Of a stretch of DNA of 64,000 nt, positions 14,601 to 25,900 are shown in pieces; within the stretch, counting starts at the first letter, position 1, and each line of letters opens with the position of its first letter. Source of the DNA: Antedon mediterranea (Eukaryota > Animalia > Echinodermata); the NCBI RefSeq assembly GCF_964355755.1, contig NC_092680.1, forward strand, positions 14,889,045 to 14,953,044. Reading direction: 5' to 3'. Under the pieces are notes generated by a model. It had not been told where the DNA came from. It made no database searches and saw only the letters and a program-made list of their open reading frames with translations. Position numbers and translations under genes: made by a program.

Positions 14601-17155
14601 CACCTTGATGTGTCCAATATCTGTGTGTACTATGAAACCCTAACAGAACTGAAATTAAACATTATTGTCAGCATGAATGAACTGTAATAAGCTTCAATTC
14701 TGGCAATATGCAATATTGTAATATAAAGATAGAAAAGTGTTTTTTTTTAAATAAACAAGTGATTTAAGCTTTTAAAAGCTGTTTTTAAACCACTAAAACT
14801 GTTAAATTCCATAAATTTAGTTTCCATTTAGACTCCTGATGTACTGAAATCCAGTAAAACACACACCAAAAACATCTTCATTTTTAAAACCATTTTTCAT
14901 TTCTCATTTCAGAGAAATTTATGTCGACCAGTTAGCCACTATTGGTTTAGGTGGCCTGTTGCTGGGGTGCCTCGAAGTCCTTCAGATATTACAGGTTTGC
15001 TTTTACATATACGAGAAAGTGTGACAGAAAACCAAGGACCAATGGTAGTTCACTGCAGGTATGTAAAATACTTAACTAATTATTGTCACTGACTGATATG
15101 GTTGTAAGATTTTACTATTTGGTAGCATTGTATTTTGAAATATTTTTGAGTATAAAATGCATTTTTTATTTGACTGTAATGTAGGTTTTTAACAATTAGA
15201 TCTAGTTAAAGCACTGTATGGAGATCATAAATAACATACAGTATCAAAATGTAGAAACTGTTCATTTTCAGAATATGTTTTCATTTTATAAAGCACCTAT
15301 ACAGTATCCTTAATATCTGATTGGATAATATTGTATTGCTTGCCATTCAGTATTCTACTCCACAGTAAACGGTTATCAAAGGACGTATTTCCGCAGCCAA
15401 AAATTTAACAATAATTAAACAATAAAAATTAACCGATAAAATTCCTGTGGAAACATATTTTAACAAATTCCGCTCAAGAAAATTAACCGATAATTATCTC
15501 ATTCAAATCGGTTAATTATTGGATTGGTTAGGTCGAGAGCTTGTCTGTTTGTAAATATGGTCCTGAACTGTGTGTAAATATGGTCCTGAACTGTGTGTAA
15601 ATGTGGTCCTGAACTATGTATAAATGTAGTCCTGAACTGGATGTAAATGTGGTCCTGAACTGGGTGTAAATGTGGTCCTGAACTGTGTGTAAATATGGTC
15701 CTGAACTGGATGTAAATGTGGTCCTGAACTGTGTGTAAATATGGTCCTGAACTGGGTGTAAATGTGGTCCTGAACTGTGTGTAAATATGGTCCTGAACTG
15801 TGTGTAAATATGGTCCTGAACTGGGTGTAAATGTGGTCCTGAACTGTGTGTAAATGTGATCCTGAACTGGGTGTAAATGTGGTCCTGAACTGTGTGTAAA
15901 TATGGTCCTGAACTGGGTGTAAATGTGGTCCTGAACTGTGTGTAAATATGGTCCTGAACTGGGTGTAAATGTGGTCCTGAACTGTGTGTAAATATGGTCC
16001 TGAACTGTGTGTAAATGTGGTCCTAAACTGTGTGTAAATATGGTCCTGAACTGGGTGTAAATGTGGTCCTGAACTGTGTGTAAATATGGTCCTGAACTGT
16101 GTGTAAATGTGGTCCTGAACTGGGTGTAAATGTGGTCCCGAACTGTGTGTAAATATGGTCCTGAACTGGGTGTAAATGTGGTCCTGAACTGTGTGTAAAT
16201 ATGGTCCTGAACTGGGTGTAAATGTGGTCCTGAAATGTGTGTAAATATGGTCCTGAACTGTGTGTAAATGTGGTCCTGAACTGTGTGTAAATGTGGTCCT
16301 GAACTGTGTGTACATATGGTCCTGAACTGTGTGTAAATATTGTCCTGAAATGTGTGTAAATGTGGTCCTGAACTGTGTGTAAATGTAGTCCTGAACTGTG
16401 TGTGTAAATGTAGTCCTGAACTGTGTGTGTAAATATGGTCCTGAACTGTGTGTAAATATGGTCCTGAACTGTGTGTAAATTTGGTCCTGAACTGGGTGTA
16501 ATGTGGTCCTGAACTGTGTTACAATTTATACATATTGTGTATGTTGCAGTGATGGCATAGGACGGACAGGAACACTGCTAGCGATTGATATTGGTATGCA
16601 CGAACTTGAGGACACGACACATGTAGATGTACCACATACAACTTGCATGGTGAGGAAAGATAGAGGGGCTGCTGTTGACAATGCTTTACAGTATAACTAC
16701 ATCTATCAGGTATTATAACACACCTAAATATATTCTTGTTACTTGATTGGATGATTGTGGGTCACGTGGCATGCAATAGTCTGCACACTCAAATTTTACT
16801 AATTAATGGGAACAATAAGAACAGGATTGAAACAAAACACATAAAGTTGATTGATTGATTGATTGATTGATTTATTTATTGTGAACCCCATGGTAGAATT
16901 GTACCTTTGGATGGATCCAGGAGTTCAATTTATACCTCAGGGTATAAAGTTTAAATACCAGGGGGATGTACCGTACATTTGTCATTAGATGCACATTTTA
17001 CTAAAGTAAACAGATATCTATATCTTTGTCAATAAAGTTATGTATTAGATATTTATTTCAGGTTTATCAATATTTTCCAAATCTTTTTTCATAAACAGGC
17101 TTTGTATGATTACTCTCAGCGACTTTCACGAGCCAATCAGCAAGTTGGATGGTAA
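2639..17155 (+). CDS. Receptor-type protein tyrosine phosphatase-like protein (PTPRR/KIM-PTP R7-like), probable pseudophosphatase, ~734 aa, 11 coding exons
   Basis: Exons 2639-2708 (signal peptide MIHHWKMHFVYLLVIVPYIGSIYG, phase-1 GTAAGT), 9000-9952 (S/T/P mucin-like stalk plus Cys-containing juxtamembrane domain), 10223-10330 (TM), 10974-11183, 12150-12230, 12972-13118 (KNRIPHILP...GYINAN), 13642-13779 (YIATQAP...DFWHMVWEQ), 14434-14568 (QYWP), 14913-15058 (HYWFRWPVAG...PMVVHCS), 16550-16709 (DGIGRTG...RKDRG), 17099-17155 (ALYDYSQRLS...stop). All introns are GT-AG and phases are consistent (2205 nt). Joining exon 1 is inferred from phase and signal peptide. Confidence 0.88.
4739..6787 (-). 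CDS. Mab-21/cGAS-like receptor (cGLR) nucleotidyltransferase, intronless CDS, ~682 aa
   Basis: Uninterrupted 2-kb ORF. NTase signature GSYAEG-x7-DHDIM, third acid in HGPS...DAVLCLSCQSWP, and Mab-21 motifs RPSNWP, CHVVAVG, EWRLSFSIAEKKL, SYYLKT, LPHYFIPEQNL. A ~330-aa helical-looking C-terminal extension follows. First ATG is at 6787 (the track starts at GTG 6790). A splice acceptor (ttttttag) lies ~50 nt upstream, implying a 5'-UTR intron. Confidence 0.92.
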   Translation of the reverse strand: MAENKDVIMDEVANDLIACQTTDRSAHISFMEIKEEIDNIGWKQRQKVQGTGSYLMKSLYTGSYAEGMPRFVCGDHDIMIQIPIPTVCWQPYETDDNSATVIAEQFKDDPAYLMLKVHVIDNKFLNQQLQKSIDSDGYLNSSDFIKEYLAGFMKGKETFEIHGPSIASILLNSDAVLCLSCQSWPSITDKYFTRKRPSNWPSKELLNKISCLDCHVVAVGRQNSLSKDAEWRLSFSIAEKKLIHNMPEAFANCMVALKAVMKHSYQSSTPKPYCSYYLKTACLWMSERIVLENTMNSMRKVLDWLTNCYQHRNLPHYFIPEQNLIGQLSGKLCDNVCKTLTVIKGNLWAKVVSSIEDGQCNVRHIINALICNRLKITNVNTHDDYAVLEAKLLNHPMTTKCLAELLDDLKDVKSDSLIRQIDRWMSQDFSNQTTLDLIENNANISEIITPTEKIIMSVIENIEDIVMKGYDGMFRTKLYRLLGELITNVLACLRQKCSAEDMLKYQNKALHYYMLGGDLIYPNGFCDYGVGHHGLVVKHHYLMNNDAELIKELKEFDMALLNLREKNNRNDTNPCVTPWIVVHTKKGDDLSYRAWAVDALFQHHIKYHNYKERHFLDLLTIVYYINCRVNLNKGKVDVASMRHVEYMKTFLREFPSTEILIKIIESLIGLSWVMKIIHSYAI
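6895..7180 (-). mobile_element. tRNA-derived SINE-like repeat
   Basis: Minus strand has degenerate A/B-box-like segments (GAGCGGTTAAGG...GGTTCAAAGC) followed by GTGGTAGACAAGTCTTCTCGGATAAAGACT, which recurs diverged at ~24420-24460. Confidence 0.5.
11475..11553 (-). mobile_element. tRNA-like SINE head in a PTP intron
   Basis: Minus strand reads TGGCTTGGTGGTTA (A box) ... GGGTTCAAGTCCC (B box/T arm). The acceptor stem is poor, so this is not a functional tRNA. Confidence 0.55.
12750..12872. mobile_element. Tourist/Harbinger-like palindromic MITE, partial copy
   Basis: Shares TGATGTGCCCAA.TATGGTAGTGAT...GGGCACATCACATTTTTTGTCACATAAAGT.TGATAGTGTAGA.AGAGCTT with the copy at 26737. Confidence 0.6.
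15548..16519. repeat. 21-bp minisatellite (GTAAAT[A/G]TGGTCCTGAACTG[T/G]GT)n, ~45 copies, in the PTP intron that splits the P-loop
   Basis: Directly visible tandem array that ends ~30 nt before the acceptor at 16549. Confidence 0.95.
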
Positions 17156-18313
17156 CCAGTAGTCCAGCATGTTGGCATAACAACCTTAATCATTGGATTT
17201 AAGGAGATTTTAAGATTTGTATGGTGATACAAGTAATACAGTACAGTCATTCCTAATGAGTCGGTAACACATTCTGATAAAATATATAAAGATAAAAAGG
17301 AAGTAAGTGTCATGTAATGTTTGGAACAGCTGAAGAGCCATCCAGTAATTATTTATTATAGTTATTCTAAATTGTTTAATATCGCACTGACTCAAATTTA
17401 ATTCCAGCCGAGCGTATAAGTTCAATGCCAAATTTGGTATGATTTTCAGCAAAAGATTCTAGACCGTATTTTGAATTAATATTAGCAAAAAGATAAATAT
17501 TTTGGCACAATGGTGTTTCATATGTATAATACTTAAGCTCATATACAGTACATATTTTTAAGACAAAAATCTAAATGCCGACGGGTGGACTAACATAAAA
17601 AAGACAATAAATAGAGCCTGCAGCAAGTCTAAATATAGACATTTGATTCTTCTATTATTTTATAATAATAAGTCCAAATAATCCAAATTTATTTTTCCTT
17701 GGTGTTTGATCAGTGGTTCAAATAATATTTTGAGAGTTTCCTCAGGGTGATACTGTATATATGATACTTGTGTGGTTTCCCGGTGATTGTATATAATGTA
17801 AAAATTAATTTGAGGAAAGAATGTGCTATTTATAGGAAGGAAACATAATTTTTAAAACATCTTGATGTATGATTTCAGTTTATTTTCTTTTGATATTCGT
17901 AATATACCAAAAATGTATTCTTTGCCTTGTTGTAGTATATTATTTTAATCATATTTAAAAGTGCATAGATGATAGTTGGTGGCACTTAACATCCAGGGTA
18001 CTCCTGAAATACCAGGCACGTGAGTTGATTTATGTAGGAATTAGCTAGTTCAATTGTAACAGGCTTCCCAGGGTCAAACTTTCAAAGGGCTTAAAATATG
18101 ATTTGTATTTACATATTTTCATCAGGGCTGTGACAATTACCCAAAAAGTGTACAAAAGATAAGGAATTAATGCCAGACAGTAATATCTGCCAATTTGTTT
18201 TTGTGTGAAAGATTTAATAGAAATTTTACACACACTTAAAATTTGAAAAAGAATAATTTAATAGTTTCAACAATTTGAAATAGATGAGTGTGCTATGAGT
18301 GTAGTGATTGTGT

Positions 18314-18418
18314 AAAGCTGTCTACACAATCAAACTTTATGTGACATGATGATGTCATATCACTACTATATTGGAGCACCTTTTTTGTCAAACTAGTTTG
18401 ATAGTGAAGAGCTGTAGA
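18314..18418. mobile_element. Tourist/Harbinger-like MITE, degenerate copy
   Basis: AAGCTGTCTACACAATCAAACTTTATGTGAC...TTTTGTCAAACTAGTTTGATAGTG, same family as 26737. Confidence 0.55.
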
Positions 18419-21134
18419 CAAGACAATTAACAATTTTAATTATTACTGTATATTACACATTTTATTAAAAATATCATTCCATGTATATATACAGTATATT
18501 TGTATTTATTAATAAATACATTTTTAAACATAACTGTTTTGTACATTTTGTGTGGCTGTATTGTATTTACCTATAAAGCTTGATTCCCAATTGGACACAA
18601 TGCGACATAGGTGCAACGCAAGTCTGTTGACCGATAGCAGTATTTCGTGTTTTGTGGTAGCTTTCAATTTGAAAACTTTGACTATATGTTATTCTAAAAA
18701 AAAAACACTTTAGGCAGTTATATTCAACTGGATGGAAGCATTTGGAAACTGTATCACGCGGAAGCTTATAGTTTTTACTAAGGCTGAAAAAACAGGAATT
18801 TGTAAGCGCTGACTGGGCATGCTCAAACCCCAAAGCACATCTGGGAGAAGAAAGTCTATGAGATGTATGAAGACAGTAGTCTGTAAGACCTGTGCAATAA
18901 ACAATGTTTTCGTTTTGGATGTTAAGTAGGCCGGGTATAATTCCATCAATTCTATGGTAAATATTTGTGGTACTATATAAATGGTGTGTATAGATGAAGA
19001 ATTGTTTGATGGGAAATAAGATTTTTTTTACTTTCATGTTGGGTTATGTGGGTCACTACCCATGCATGCATAGAAGTAACACCCCTACCGCGGAATATTT
19101 ACAGTACTATAGTTTCACTTAGGATTATATTTTTGATCTGTACAGTTAGCCACAAACTTTGTTGATTTCAGACTAGAGTTATTATACTATTTTATTATAT
19201 AAATGTTTACTACTGATTATTTCTTAAATTATTAAATAGAATATCAATTACAAAAATCATCCTTTAATGAAGAACGAACACATCAAAAAGTGTAAGAAAT
19301 ATTATATATTATATTTGATTTGGAATAACCTATAAAACCTGATGACTGTGAGAACAAGATAAGATTCATTTTATTCATTATTGAATCATATAATATTTAA
19401 TGTTTCTTATTATTTTTTTCAGATTTTTTGTTCAACTTTAGAATAAAAATTGGGGTAATTGTTTCTTAAAGAGTTTTTATAAATCATATGACATGTGACA
19501 AATGGTGAAAAACCAGGTGTCGATAATAATGACAATGACTAGCTTGGATTAGTGCCATGTTCAACACATGAATATGAAATACAGGATATTACGTTAATAT
19601 AACACCAGCCGGTACTGGGCTCGGAATAAAAATAACCCTGGCAATGTTTCAAAAAACTATTAGAAAGAAATCCTATTTTTGGATTAGCCTTGTAGTTTCA
19701 AATGAAAAGCTTTATAATAGATAACCATTACAACATTAATATTATTACATCACATTCTGATTAAAAAGATTTGTAAATTTTATTGTCGGAACATTTGATG
19801 GAGATTAAACATGTATTTACTGTATCCGGGTGACCCTGTTTACATTTTCCACTGTTTTTTGTAAACAATCCAGATATAAATTAAGACCTCATTCAGCCAA
19901 TTTAAACTACTTAACTTATACAAACACGAGCGGTAACGGTATGAGCAGAAAACCGTGTAGCTTGTCCCACATAGAATCTGTCTCAATCCTGAGCGGGAAC
20001 CACTCATCCGCTTTGCGTTGTTTGTAAATGGTCATAAGGAATAACATAGATTCTATATTTTTATTACTGTTATCACTATACAAACTAAAAACTCATACAT
20101 TAAAACAATTTAAATTTCAGAACATCTTAGCCTGCTATTTATTTTATACCTAATAAAATCCCAGGAATTCCCTTGACTTGAATGCAGTTGAACTCTATAT
20201 ACATCCTTTCTTAATTAAATTTTAGATCATGAATTATGAAAAAGTTAAATCATACCACATTTATCTATCAAGGCTAACAAGCTGACTCCCAAAAGATTTA
20301 TTTAGAAATATTTAGTAATCAAATTTGAGGAAAAGTGGGAAGTTATGAGAGGTATGGGGTAGTTGAAATTTAAATTCAAAATATTATTTCCACTTTGGAA
20401 GAAACGACCACATTATGAAAATGAAAAGGCCACATTATAGTATGGTACAGTGACTCGAACGCCAATGTTTAGTTTTCACGACGCTCCATGTGGCTATGCA
20501 TCAATCGAAATGCGCATAGCTGCGTAAAAACATTGACGTTCGATTGGATTTGCCGTCGCCGGCCTGGAACAGGTGTGAAAAACTCTTTTATATGGATGAC
20601 AAAAACATCAGATTCCGTTTAAAAAAGAAATCTTGCCTATTTATTGTCGAGATTAAAATAGTTTACAACATTTGTATTCACTTAAAAGCTGGAAAAAAAA
20701 CCCTAGTTTAAGTTTCCTGCCTCAAATTAGCTGCAGTGACTAATAACATATAGTACAAGAGTGCAATATGTTAAAATATGGTATATGTCAATCATATCAT
20801 ACTAGAGTGTACTCCCATAGGTTTCTGATTTTCTTTATTACAACTGGGTTACATGTTCAGTGTTTTGGCAGCAGACATAGGGTCTGTATACTGACAATTC
20901 TTGTGGATTGTCATATTCAGCCAATTTCTGCATATCTTAACTATGATGTTGGATCAGATTTAGGTTTAAAATGTTGGAAGCTCAGAACACACATGAAATC
21001 ACACAGTATGATTTGAAGAAGACATCATTTATATTTACAGTTTTTCACTATGATACTTAATTGAATTATATTTTGTTGTTCAAAATGCCTTGAAAGACAA
21101 AACTAATATGGGTATGTGCACACACTGCCACTGT

Positions 21135-21297
21135 TAAGCTGTCTACACTTAGTTTAACCAAAAAAAAGTGTGCCCAAATGTGGTAATGATATGCTTAAAC
21201 ATGGTAGTGATATGACATCACCATGTCCATATACAGTATGAGCACATAACATTTTTTTGTCACATAAAGTTTGTTAATGTAGACAGATCGAGCTTTA
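21135..21297. mobile_element. Tourist/Harbinger-like MITE copy
   Basis: AAGCTGTCTACACT...TGTAGACAGA...GAGCTTTA with the family's internal GTGCCCAAAT.TGGTA.TGATATG core. Confidence 0.6.
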
Positions 21298-22994
21298 CTA
21301 ACGGTTAGCTATTATTGATATTATCGTGATATTATAACACAATTACTGGTATTATTTTACCTGTAATTTTATTTTTACACTGAAAGGAGTTTATTATTGA
21401 GGATTGATATTATTAAAGAAAAACAGAGGTCCAACTGCTAAATGTTAGTGTTCCCGATGTTGATAAACTATCCTGATTGACTAACCAGGATCACAGATTG
21501 GGCGTTCCGCTCAGACTGCAATTGGTAAGACCAATGTTTAACTGCACATAGTAAGTCTGCTAGTACAGCAATGATTAGTAAAGGGTGTTACAGACTGTAC
21601 TGATACCCACCATGGTTGAAATCTCTTGTTTTCAATGTATAGTTAAATTCAACAAGACACAAATTTAGGCTTGTATGAAAAAAGATAGGACTACATCACA
21701 GGGATTCCATACGGTCAAATCATTTGTCAAAATTGAGTACACTTGGTGTTCCATATGAATCCATCTACACAAAAGACAACTTAATATAGATGCAGCGAAG
21801 CCAAACACCTCCAACCCACTTCTCATTACATTTACCATGTTTTACCACTTCTCGATACTAATGGCATTTTTGCATAGTTATTTATTTGATTATACATGTC
21901 ACCATATTACACCTAAAAAGTAAATACCTCTCCCCAAATAAACGCTTCTGTCAAATAAACGCCTACTTTAAAAACCCTTCTGTGAACAGTTTATTAAAAT
22001 ATGGTATGTTATTTATGATTTAGTACCTTCATCATTTTTAATATTGAAAACAGTTTCAAGATAAGAGATCCAAATATCATACAAGATGACAAGTGTTAAA
22101 CAAATGTAAAGAGCTTATTTAATCAATTCAAGTATTGACTTGCACATACAAATGTTGTTTCATATTTTACAAACATTTCAATAATATAAAATACAGTACT
22201 ATTTATTTTTTTATTTTAGTTTTATTTTAGTTTACAGTACTCAATAAACCTTTTTTAAACTTAAATTCTTAAATATTTTTGTGAAAATTATTATGTCAAT
22301 ATTTTAGTTAAGTATCATTGATGTTTTAAAGTAAAACATCTTTAAAATATATATTTATAACACAAATTGTTATTATTATCAACCACAAAAATGAATTGCA
22401 TTTTACAATACATATTAATATATCTTAAGTGTAAACAATAAGTTTATAAGAGAATGCCATACTAGGATGAAACAACACTACATTTACCAATGTACTCTGG
22501 GAAATATTGTGGTGATTAAATTTCAGATTAAGCAGAAAAACTCAAAATATGATAATGCAAGTTATGTATTTATATTAAAGAGATGTTTGTGGCCTTGTTT
22601 TTTGCAACTCCGGATTTGCCCTAAAATTTTCAACTGAAACTTAATTGAAAATAAGATTGATCAACTGATTCAATTTTGTGGACAGCTACATGCCCACTAC
22701 ACTCATGAACAAAATTGAGATTCATTATGCATTCAAGGATTATCAAAGTGTTTCTCATTGATAAATGCACTTAAGTGAAGTATTGTCACTTCATTCAAGG
22801 CTCAGCTATGTTCAAATATGCAATTGAGTCATTTTACAGAAATCATTTGTAGTGCTATTTTATAGTACTGTTTGCTACGACTGATAGTATACTATAGGCC
22901 TATATAGTACCTAAAGTAGTATTACGAATGCCCAAAAGATCCAACACCAAATTTGCAGGTTTGCACACTGGTTAAACAGGGCGAGCGAAACACA

Positions 22995-25900
22995 TTAGTT
23001 TACACTAGTAGGTGTGGTAACAGCTGGATAACGAGACGAATTCATAGCTTTACTGATTTTCCATTTTCGTATACAGGTGAACATACCTCCTACTATGCAA
23101 ATTACAACTGGAATGCCCAAGCCAGCAGAAATCACGATGATGACAAGTTGGGATAAGCTTTCAACTGGTGGCTCACCATATCCTATATTTACTGACCTAA
23201 GAATGAAATTTCAATTATAAATTTTCAAAGAATTTCTTTGTGATACAGGGTTTTGACCACTCAATGTGTGGGAAATTATTGTTTGATGCTTATTGTTGAA
23301 TATATACATACATTATTTCTGGATAATTGTCGCTGCGATCTAACCACATGAATATGGAATGTAGGTATTTCAGATTTAATGTACAAAGTAAACATACCCT
23401 TTAAAGAAAGAGTGTTACTGAAGTCCATCATACAACACACTTTACACAAAGAGTATTCATAACTGGTCCCTCTGGGAGACCAGTCTTTGACTTCAGATGT
23501 TACCCAGTATAAATAAATAACTAATTCAAATAACATAAAGCGGACGTTACTTCTTCAGATATGTTTGTATTATTAGTTTCTCCACACATTTTAAAATAAA
23601 ATATAAAAATTACAAATAAACAAGAAAAACATAAAAAATGTGCGGATGGAGGTCAAAATAAGTTGCGGAAAACTTTAAGTCGTGACCACCAGTAAAAAAA
23701 AATAAAAAATAACGAAGGTGTACAATAGCAGTCCGGCTTACATTAAAAATACAGAAGCTTAAATTGCTAAGACAATAGTACAATTACAAGATGAACAATA
23801 TGATAAGGTATTCAATTCAATTAAGCAAAGAAGAAAGGAAACAAGAAGAACAAGAACAGGAGATTTAGCTGCCATATGCTGCGACCAAAGACTTTTTTAG
23901 GTTAGATTTGAACAAAGGTAGATTAGGAAGAGATTTTAATGAAATACTTAATAAATTCCATAATTTTGGACCATTATAAAAAATTGATTTTCTTCTTAAA
24001 TGAAATGTATGCTTTTCAGATAAAATATTTGTTTTAGCAAATCTTGTATTGTAATTGTGAATATCAGGTTGTTGTTTAGGAAATAAAGAAATAATATGAT
24101 TTGGTAAAGAGTGATTTTTTAAACGATACATAAAAATATAAGTTTGTAATTTGTGTAAATCAAATACATTAAGTATATTAAATTTATTAAATAAGTTTTT
24201 GGTGTGAGCTATTCTGGTTGACCCTGCACAAATCCTGATAGCACGTTTTTGTAGTTTAAAGACGTTGTCAATATTGGTTGTTTCAGGACTCGTCCAGGGA
24301 CACAAGTAAAGAAATTTATCAATTGTGGTAGCTCAAGATATCCTTTTAACAGGGACGTGATGTACAAGTACCATAACTCTAAACGATGTAATGAGCTAGA
24401 TGTGTACACCTGACGGACCCATAAAGTCCTTATCCGAAAAGAACATTTCTACCACCTCAACTATCGCTGAGTTAGTACTGTTACGGCTATGTTTTACGGC
24501 GCCCTGCCTTAACAAGTTCTGCCACTCCACTAAATTAACAGACATTTTTCAAACGTCATCAGTTTATGTATCAGAATGATACAGTTAAGATAGTTTAGGG
24601 TACTTTGTATGTGTTTTAGTTTCATTTTATATATATACCATTTTTTTTACCTTTTTGCATCTAATCTATTAGTCATTTCGGAACATTGGTTGCAAAGCTT
24701 CAAGTTGGTAGAGTAAACGAAGCATATATGAGGAAGTATTTAAATACAAGTTTAACATTGAAACTGTTATGAGTAAGCGGACATGGACATTGAATACCCC
24801 ATATACATATATTCTAGATATCTGATTGGTTAAAACATGCGGGTATAATTTGATTTTCTTCAATGACTAAAAAAAGAGTTTGCCTCTGGCACTAAACTAC
24901 AATATAGTTTAGTACCAGAGGAAAACTTTTTCAGCCCCTTGAAATAAGATTTTTTTCACAATTTGAATAATTGCAAGCAAACAGGTATTTTAAATAGGAT
25001 GTACATTCATAACTTCCTAGCTAAATAAAATCATAGTTTGATGACCTAGCAAAGTAAACTAAGACCTGGGAGTTTTCTGGACCTACACCCTTGAGAATGT
25101 TTGACAATGGTGAACCTGAGGCAGGGATGTAGAAACCGATATGGCAAATTGGATACGCTTTGATACTTATTTGCAACAAACAAGCAGTCATTCTGGTCAA
25201 TACAGTTGTACCATACTGTACTATGCAGTAGTGATGATGAAACCATGGTTACTACAAGCAAGATATATTGCAGTTAGTTTTTAGTTTAGCTCTAGCATCT
25301 GTAACATCCTTAATTCATACTTACCAACTGGTATAATTAGTATTTTTATAAAATTTGTCCTTTGTTGTTCCAAAGCTGATATTAACTGCTGAAAGCTTGA
25401 CATGTGAAATGTCAAAAAAGGCACGAATGATGCTTCGATTTGGAATTTTATCACTGTATTGTATTACGTTACTTTCATGGCACTGAAAAAATAAAAATAA
25501 ATTTCATTGTATTTGTAAACATGGTGGTTATACAGCTTGCCTACTAATGTTGGATTAAAATCATATCTGACTCTTCCTCAATTATTTAGAGTATTTTGTT
25601 TGAATGTTTTTCCTGTGAACGTGTGTGTGTACGTGTTTGTCCTGTGGGCACATTATGTTATAAATTGGGACCCGTTGTATTGCCATAATCTAAATGTGAA
25701 TGACAAACTATCACTTGTATTAAATATATACACAGTGTTTTATTCAAGATATGACAATTACCATCCATTGGAATATTGTATCTATTGTAATGGTAATAAC
25801 CAAGAACTATATAACACAAGAATCTCCTATTCGTCGAAAGGGGAAATATTTTGATAGGCATTTTGAAAGAATAGAGCTAATGGGTGGTGCCATTTTGAGT

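Noticed and set aside
15614-16315. 233-aa repetitive ORF
   Set aside because: It is the translation of a 21-bp stop-free minisatellite inside a PTP intron.
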